From Acutalibacteraceae bacterium (GTDB lineage Bacteria; Bacillota; Clostridia; Oscillospirales; Acutalibacteraceae): a stretch of DNA of 32,413 nt. The number at the start of each line of letters is the position of its first letter. The stretch's first letter is position 1. Both the position numbers and the translations under genes were made by a program. Shown one piece after another: positions 26,677 through 32,413 of the stretch. Under the pieces are notes generated by a model that did no database searches, was not told the DNA's origin, and saw only the letters and a program-made list of their open reading frames with translations. Where the stretch lies: assembly GCA_051881555.1 (NCBI GenBank), contig JBJEQC010000236.1, positions 1 to 32,413 of the forward strand, written 5' to 3'.

Positions 26677-27458
26677 CCTTGTCCTTGAGGATAAGGTATC
26701 TCGTAGTGACGGATGAGGTGCGGAACGCCGGCGTTTCTTTTTGTTTGATGTGTTTTCACGGACAGCCGCAAGGCTACGGTTTGTTTTTCAATTTGTAGGG
26801 GACGATGCCCACATCGTCCCAAGGAAAAACATTTCATTATTCGCCTGTGGCGAATCGGAACGCTGAGGACAGCGTTCCCTACCGAAAAAGCCATAAATTT
26901 CAATGATTCTGCGTGAACAAAAAAACGACGGGAGCAAGCCCCCGCCCTACCCGTTCAGGAAACATTTTGCGGAGCAATTACAATCGGTCATAGGCGGAGC
27001 CTATCCATAATTTGCGAAGCAAACATCACTTTTGCGAAACACGGGCGACCACGCAGGGTCGCCCCTACCGGAATGTGCCGCAGGCACACTTCATTTCTTC
27101 ATTTTTTCAAGCGGGCGAACACAGTTCGCCCCTACCGTGTTGCCAATGATTTCTGCTATTTTCACGGAACAGCCGGATTATTCAGATTTAATAACAGGTT
27201 AGGTAGGGAACGCCGTCCTCGGCGTTCCGTGGGATTTGATATGTTTTCACGGACAACCGCAAGGGTTGTCCCTACGATTTTTTATTGAATTGATAATTTG
27301 TAGCGGACGATGCCCACATCATCCAAATGTAGAAATAATAAATTTTGCTGTATTCAAGGTAGGGCGGGGGCTTGCTCCCGCCGTTTTGAATTTATTATAA
27401 TATTTACCCAAATTATTCGCCTGTGGCGAATCGGAACGCTGAGGACAGCGTTCCCTAC
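26677..27458. repeat. REP mosaic array 3 (11 GTAG-type palindromes plus other hairpins)
   Basis: GGATGAGG-type element 26677-26718; G- (internally deleted) 26759-26777, E+ 26795-26820, A'- 26856-26882, D- 26926-26950, H- 27042-27068, F- 27112-27135, A+ 27203-27229, G'- 27250-27275, E+ 27300-27324, D+ 27359-27383, A'- 27432-27458. Confidence 0.92.
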
Positions 27459-27459
27459 G

Positions 27460-27497
27460 AAAAAGCCGCCCGCAGGGATTAACCCGGCGGGCGGTTA
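27460..27497 (-). terminator. Intrinsic terminator for the surface-protein gene
   Basis: AACCGCCCGC...GCGGGCGGCTTTTT on the - strand. Confidence 0.75.
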
Positions 27498-27506
27498 TGC
27501 AATTCA

Positions 27507-27600
27507 AATCATTTTTATTTCCGAAACAATCAATTATTTATTTCCGAAATAAACAAATTATTATATTCCGGAAACAATTGAATTATTTTATTGCCGAAGC
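27507..27600. repeat. Four degenerate ~23-25 bp tandem units overlapping the gene's stop codon
   Basis: Approximate unit AATYAATTATTTWTTYCCGAAAC; the last copy is the coding end (ASAIK*). Confidence 0.65.
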
Positions 27601-29676
27601 GATGCTGTTGAACACTCCGACAAACCATTTGCCGATTGAAACGGGAGCTTCAGTCAGCCAGATTTTGCAGCTGTTAACGAAAGCCTTGAGCCATCTGCCG
27701 ATTGAGCAGAAGATGCATGTGCATTCCGTTTCTTCGGGTCCTCCGATGGTTGCGGGATCGTCTGAGCCGCAGTTTACGCATCTTCCGTCCTTGTAGCTGT
27801 GACCCGTTGCGGGAACCTCGCTGTCAACATAGCTGTCGCCGCAGTTTGCGCAGGTGTGGGTTGTGTAACCCGATTCGGTGCAGGTCGGAGGAGTAACAAC
27901 GCTGTCATAATCGTGACCGCTTGCGGTAATAACCGTATCTTCAAGTGTTATTTCGGTTGTCGCTTTTTCATCTTCAAAGATTCTGTTGCAGACGGCGCAG
28001 GTGTAGTATTCGATATTGCCGTCCTCGGTGCAGGTTGCTTCTTTGCGGTCGGTTTTATCAAGGCTGTGACCGTTTGCGGTAATAACCACATCTTCAGCGG
28101 TTAATTCGGTTGTCCCCTCTTCATCTGCAAAGAGCTTGTCGCAGACGGAGCATTTCCAATGTGCAATATTTCCGTCCTCGGTGCAGGTCGGTTCGTTGCG
28201 TTCAACCTTTTCAAGGCTGTGGCTTGTGGAAATAACCACATCCTCAAGTGTTAATTCGGTTGTTGCTTCTTCATCTGCAAAGAGCTTGTCGCAGACGGAG
28301 CATTTCCAATGTGCAATATTTCCGTCCTCGGTGCAAGTTGCTTCTTTGCGTTCGACATATTCAAGGCTGTGGCTTGCGGGAATAACCACATCTTCAGCGG
28401 TTAATTCGGTTTCCCCTTCTTCATCTGCAAAGAGCTTTTTGCAGACATTGCATTGGTAATGAGCAATATTTCCGTCCTCGGTGCAGGTCGGTTCTTTTGC
28501 TTCAACAGCCTTGATTGAGTGCGAATAGCACAAAATTCTGCCGTAATTAATTACCTCGCCGATGATTTTGTTATCTGTGTCACTGCTGATAATCAGAGTT
28601 CCGTCTTCGCCGACGGTTATTGTCTCGTTTGCATTGTTTTTCTGGAAACGGTTTATTGTTACCGTGCCGCCGTTAATCTCAATGGGAGCAGTTGCCGCAT
28701 AATCGGGATCTCCCGAGCCGACACCCGTTGCGCCCGAGCCGAGAGCGTTGCCGTTGCGTTTGTTGCTTCCGTTGATATCGCAACCGCCGGTTGCATTAAC
28801 CGTGCCGCCGTTGATGATGATGCTGTCGCTCGAACCGCCGGGGACTTTGTTGTATTTTCCGCCGCCTCCGCCGATTCCGGCTCCGCCGCCGCCCCAATAG
28901 CCTTTGTTGTCGCCGCCGACGGCATTTATAACGCCGCCGTTAACCGTTACTTTTCCCGACGCTTCGGCATTTGAACTACTACCGTTTGCCCAAGCTCCGT
29001 CGCCGCCGATTCCGGCTCCGCCGCCTGCCCATGCATTAGCTGCACTTATATTATGTCCGTTAGCTCCGTAAGCGTTCAATATGCCGTCGCTGCCGTTGAT
29101 GATAAGCTCCGCTCCGGCAGGAACGCCGATAGCCGCTCTGCCGCTTCCGCAGCGCAGACGGGTATCGTTCTCAAAAGTATCGGAATCGTAATAACCCTCG
29201 GCAGAAGCCAGAGTGTTAACGCTGCCGTCAACAAGATAAACGGTTACCTTGTAAGGACCGTTGATGTTGAACGGATTGGGCTTGCTGTAATCGCCCGTGT
29301 TGCTCGGAGAGGGAACAAGAATGTTCACGCCGTCGAGGTAAATAGTGCAGTTGCAGTTGACGGTTATCGTGTTTGAGGTTACACTGCCTGAGGCTGAATA
29401 ATAGGGGGAATCCGGAATGAAATAGGGTTCCTCGTCCGGCAAAGGCGCTTCCATCGTAGTTTCCCAAACCACGCTGCTCGACTCTTCGACTATGGTGCTC
29501 GACTCTTTGATGTCCGACTGATAAATGCGGTAAGTTCCTTCGGCGTCAATCGTAACAAAGCCTGCGTTCAGATTGTATTCCGCATCATAATCAACCGCCA
29601 GAACGGTTACCGGCAGAATGCTCAGAAGCATAAATAACGCCGGGATAAGATAATAAAGTTTCTTTGAAATTTTCAT
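27583..29676 (-). CDS. Secreted/surface protein: Gly-rich GAGIGG beta-helix-like region plus Cys/His repeats
   Basis: Signal peptide MKISKK...VLA after GGAGG; repeated GGAGIGG and ITINGG.V.A.G motifs; four PTCTEDGN..CxxC repeats plus a PTCTESGY repeat. Confidence 0.85.
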   Translation of the reverse strand: MKISKKLYYLIPALFMLLSILPVTVLAVDYDAEYNLNAGFVTIDAEGTYRIYQSDIKESSTIVEESSSVVWETTMEAPLPDEEPYFIPDSPYYSASGSVTSNTITVNCNCTIYLDGVNILVPSPSNTGDYSKPNPFNINGPYKVTVYLVDGSVNTLASAEGYYDSDTFENDTRLRCGSGRAAIGVPAGAELIINGSDGILNAYGANGHNISAANAWAGGGAGIGGDGAWANGSSSNAEASGKVTVNGGVINAVGGDNKGYWGGGGAGIGGGGGKYNKVPGGSSDSIIINGGTVNATGGCDINGSNKRNGNALGSGATGVGSGDPDYAATAPIEINGGTVTINRFQKNNANETITVGEDGTLIISSDTDNKIIGEVINYGRILCYSHSIKAVEAKEPTCTEDGNIAHYQCNVCKKLFADEEGETELTAEDVVIPASHSLEYVERKEATCTEDGNIAHWKCSVCDKLFADEEATTELTLEDVVISTSHSLEKVERNEPTCTEDGNIAHWKCSVCDKLFADEEGTTELTAEDVVITANGHSLDKTDRKEATCTEDGNIEYYTCAVCNRIFEDEKATTEITLEDTVITASGHDYDSVVTPPTCTESGYTTHTCANCGDSYVDSEVPATGHSYKDGRCVNCGSDDPATIGGPEETECTCIFCSIGRWLKAFVNSCKIWLTEAPVSIGKWFVGVFNSIASAIK
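27920..28522 (-). repeat. Intragenic tandem repeat, 4 x ~150 bp (50 aa)
   Basis: CCGTCCTCGGTGCA recurs at 28019, 28172, 28322 and 28472 (period 153, 150, 150). Confidence 0.92.
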
Positions 29677-29706
29677 CACTGTGCCTCCTGTATTCAAGAT
29701 AAAAAA

Positions 29707-29735
29707 ATTGTACCATATACTGTAAAAAAATGCAA
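29707..29735 (-). promoter_or_regulatory. Putative sigma-A promoter of the surface-protein gene
   Basis: TTGCAT-17 bp-TACAAT with an extended TG. Confidence 0.6.
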
Positions 29736-29848
29736 TATTTTTATCGAGATTTATAATTTTTAACATTTCATTTTTTAGTTGCGGAAAGGTTTAACAGGAG
29801 GAGAAAAAAAGAAGTTTCATTGCTCCGCAAAATGGTTGTATTTTTAGC

Positions 29849-29953
29849 CTCCCTCCTGAGGGTTCGGGTTGCCGGTGGCAACCTCTGAGCGTATGCTCAG
29901 AAGCACCGACCGAGGCGGCAGCCGAGAAAGCTGAGCCATAGGCTCTGAGGGAG
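29849..29953 (+). repeat. 105-bp multi-hairpin dispersed element, copy 2
   Basis: Same length and architecture as 72-176, with compensatory stem substitutions. Confidence 0.9.
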
Positions 29954-29999
29954 TAAAAACTCGTCAAATCCCGTTTTATTGAATGATTATCTCATATCA

Positions 30000-30046
30000 A
30001 AAAGACAAGGCTTGTATCGGATAACCCGACACAAGCCTGAATTTTT
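30000..30046 (-). terminator. Intrinsic terminator after the ABC operon
   Basis: AGGCTTGTGTCGG-loop-CCGATACAAGCCT-TGTCTTTTT on the - strand. Confidence 0.7.
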
Positions 30047-30073
30047 TATTGTGAAATTTGAAATTTGGTGGAT

Positions 30074-31057
30074 TTATCTTTCTTCTCTGAAGTAGGTCAG
30101 ACCAAGACTCTGCGGCGGCTGATGCTCTTTCTTGTTTCTTGCGCTGATGAAAATCAGAACAAGAATCGTAACAAGATAAGGAAGCATTTTAATCAGCTCT
30201 TTTGCGCTTGACGAAAGCCCGGGAATATAAACGCAGATAATGTAAAGACCGCCGAAAATAAATGAACTGAAAATTGCCGATTTCGGCTTCCAGAGAGCGA
30301 ATATTACAATTGCTATTGCAAGCCAGCCTCTGTCGCCGAAGCCGTTATTTGTCCATGCTCCCGCAGTGTAATCCATTACGAAGTAAAGACCGCCGAGACC
30401 TGCAATCATGCCGCCGATAACGGTTGAAAGATATTTGTATCTTGTAACATTTATGCCTGCGGCGTCAGCCGTTGCGGGGTTTTCGCCTATAGCTCTGAGG
30501 TTAAGGCCGACTCTTGTCTTGTTAAGAATATATGATGTTATGATTGCAATTATGATTGCCAGATATGCAAGAAAACCGAATGAAAGGAATGTTTCGCCGA
30601 AAAGTCCGAGCTTTGAGGCAAATGGGAGAGAAGCTTTATATGCTCTGCCTGTTGCGAGAAGCGAAATCGAGCCTGTTTCATTGAAAAGCTTAAGCAAAGA
30701 GCCGCCGAAGAAGTTACCGATACCAACGCCGAATGTTGTCAGCGCAAGGCCCGTAACATTCTGATTTGCTTTAAGCGTCTGGGTAAGAAATGCGTAGATG
30801 AGAGACATAAGCGCCGAGCCTATCAATGACGCACAAAGCGAAATTATAATGCAGAGTATCGGGTTGGTTGTTTCAACGCTGTGCTCATAGATATAACCGC
30901 CGATAATGCCTGAAATACCGCCGACATACATAATTCCCGGAATACCGAGATTGAGGTTGCCTGATTTCTCAGTGATTATCTCACCAACCGAGCCGTAAAG
31001 AAGAGGGATGCCTTGAATAATCGCAGCCGTAATAAATGAAGCTATTGTTGCAATCAT
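30074..31057 (-). CDS. ABC transporter permease (nucleoside/simple-sugar type)
   Basis: EKSGNLNLGIPG, GLNLRAIGENP.TADAAGINV, GWLAIAIV, MLPYLVT, PPQSLG. Confidence 0.9.
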   Translation of the reverse strand: MIATIASFITAAIIQGIPLLYGSVGEIITEKSGNLNLGIPGIMYVGGISGIIGGYIYEHSVETTNPILCIIISLCASLIGSALMSLIYAFLTQTLKANQNVTGLALTTFGVGIGNFFGGSLLKLFNETGSISLLATGRAYKASLPFASKLGLFGETFLSFGFLAYLAIIIAIITSYILNKTRVGLNLRAIGENPATADAAGINVTRYKYLSTVIGGMIAGLGGLYFVMDYTAGAWTNNGFGDRGWLAIAIVIFALWKPKSAIFSSFIFGGLYIICVYIPGLSSSAKELIKMLPYLVTILVLIFISARNKKEHQPPQSLGLTYFREER

Positions 31058-31059
31058 TA

Positions 31060-32175
31060 TTATTTATCCTCCTTTTTTGACTTTGTGGTTTTAATCTGAT
31101 AATTGAGGAAGAACTCACTGCCGATAATAAAGAATATTATTATGCCCGTAAGGATATCGGCGATGCTTGTGTTAAGGTTGAAGTTGGTTGCAATTTCACC
31201 CGCTCCTCTTTGAAGAAACGCAATCAGGAACGATGTGACAACCATTACTATCGGATTGAATTTTGCAAGCCAAGAAACCATGATTGCCGTGAAGCCGTTT
31301 CCGCCTGCAAGATCTTTTGAAATGGTGTGGTTAGTGCCTGCAACAAGAAGAAATCCCGCAAGGCCGCAAAGAGCGCCGGAGAGAATCATTGTGCGGATGA
31401 TTACCTTCTTGACATTAATGCCGATATATTTTGCCGTGTTTTCGCTCTCGCCGACAACGCTGATTTCATAGCCGTGTTTGCTGTATTTGAGATAAATGAA
31501 CATACAAACCGTTAGAACGGCAACGACAAGAATATTTACAAGGTATTTCTGACCGAACAGCTCGGGAATCCAGCCTGCACGGGTTGATGAATTAACAAGA
31601 CCCATAACGCTTGAACCGCTGGGAACCCAAACCATGATTGCAAAGGAAACAAGCTGAATGGCAATGTAGTTCATCATCAGAGTGAACAGGCTTTCGTTTG
31701 TGTTCCATTTTGCTTTGAATACCGCAGGAATAAGACCCCATACGATACCGCCGACGAGCGATGCAACAAGCATTGCCGCAATGAGAAGAAAATTCGGAAT
31801 TCTGTCTCCGACTTCAAACATCAGCACCATGCTGCAAAGAGCGCCGATAAGAACCTGACCTTCTGCGCCGAGATTCCAGAATTTCATTTTGAATGCAGGC
31901 GTTACGGCAAGAGAAATACACAGCAGCATCGCAAGGCTCTGAAGCAAATTCCAGAACTTCCTTTTTGAGCCGAAGCTGCCTTTAATCAACGCTCCGAAAA
32001 CATCAAGAGGATTCTGATCGGTCAGCAAAACGATAATCAATGAGCAGACAAGGAGAGAGAATAATATTGCAATTCCTCGGATAAGCCATGATTTCCAAGT
32101 CGGCAAAGCGTCCTTTGAACGCTTTACGATGTGAAAGAGGGGCTCACGGACTTTTGAATTTGAATCACTCATCAT
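31060..32175 (-). CDS. ABC transporter permease (nucleoside/simple-sugar type)
   Basis: WNLGAEGQ, NESLFTLMMNYIA, GYEISVVGES..TAKYIGI, GFTAIMVSWLA. Confidence 0.9.
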   Translation of the reverse strand: MMSDSNSKVREPLFHIVKRSKDALPTWKSWLIRGIAILFSLLVCSLIIVLLTDQNPLDVFGALIKGSFGSKRKFWNLLQSLAMLLCISLAVTPAFKMKFWNLGAEGQVLIGALCSMVLMFEVGDRIPNFLLIAAMLVASLVGGIVWGLIPAVFKAKWNTNESLFTLMMNYIAIQLVSFAIMVWVPSGSSVMGLVNSSTRAGWIPELFGQKYLVNILVVAVLTVCMFIYLKYSKHGYEISVVGESENTAKYIGINVKKVIIRTMILSGALCGLAGFLLVAGTNHTISKDLAGGNGFTAIMVSWLAKFNPIVMVVTSFLIAFLQRGAGEIATNFNLNTSIADILTGIIIFFIIGSEFFLNYQIKTTKSKKEDK

Positions 32176-32413
32176 TGCGTCCTCCTTCCGCTTTTTTGGT
32201 CATCAACAGACCGATTTCTTCTTTGGTCGCTGTTCTTGCGTCAACAATACCCGATACCGAGCCTGAGCTCATAACAACAATTTTATCGCACAGCTCAATC
32301 AATACGTCAAGGTCTTCACCGACAAAAATGACGGCAACGCCCTTTTCTTTTTGCTCATTGAGAAGATTATAAATCAGATAAGACGAGTTTATGTCAAGAC
32401 CTCTGACGGGATA
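32165..32413 (-). CDS. ABC transporter ATP-binding protein, 3' end only (not in the ORF track)
   Basis: Manual translation YPVRGLDINSSYLIYNLLNEQKEKGVAVIFVGEDLDVLIELCDKIVVMSSG...GGRNDE*, the C-terminus typical of the second NBD of sugar/nucleoside ABC ATPases. Confidence 0.88.
   Translation of the reverse strand, partial: YPVRGLDINSSYLIYNLLNEQKEKGVAVIFVGEDLDVLIELCDKIVVMSSGSVSGIVDARTATKEEIGLLMTKKAEGGRNDE

Noticed and set aside
72-29953. Whole window as one 30-kb composite transposon bounded by the 105-bp direct repeats
   Set aside because: The enclosed genes are core functions (holB, dut, citrate synthase, spoIID), the copies have diverged, and no target duplication is visible. Dispersed repeats are the simpler explanation.
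32165-32413. Frameshift in the ABC ATPase 3' end
   Set aside because: Careful translation gives a continuous 83-codon frame ending at the TGA at 32165.

Overview
Chromosomal window from an anaerobic, probably spore-forming Firmicute (Clostridia-like; inferred from spoIID, darA-holB-yaaT and a clostridial 2[4Fe-4S] ferredoxin). Most of it is housekeeping: malQ-ynbB-DUF2461-pgm plus three tandem EEP phosphatase-family genes, citrate synthase to yaaT, femX-thuA-dut and an ABC transporter. The striking feature is a REP/RAYT system. An HUH-Y1 REP-associated tyrosine transposase gene (22737-23243) is translationally coupled to dut. It carries two of its own REP palindromes in frame, one on each side of its HUH motif. 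Three mosaic arrays (about 250-835, 22239-22732, 26677-27458) plus the gene hold about 30 GTAG-hairpins of eight different sequence families, rearranged as REP+spacer modules. Candidate footprints of activity include a 61-bp copy of the RAYT 3' end fused to a REP at a CT dinucleotide, chimeric REPs, compensatory stem changes, and a second 105-bp structured element found at both ends of the window. All calls come from reading the sequence and recognising motifs; no database searches were run.
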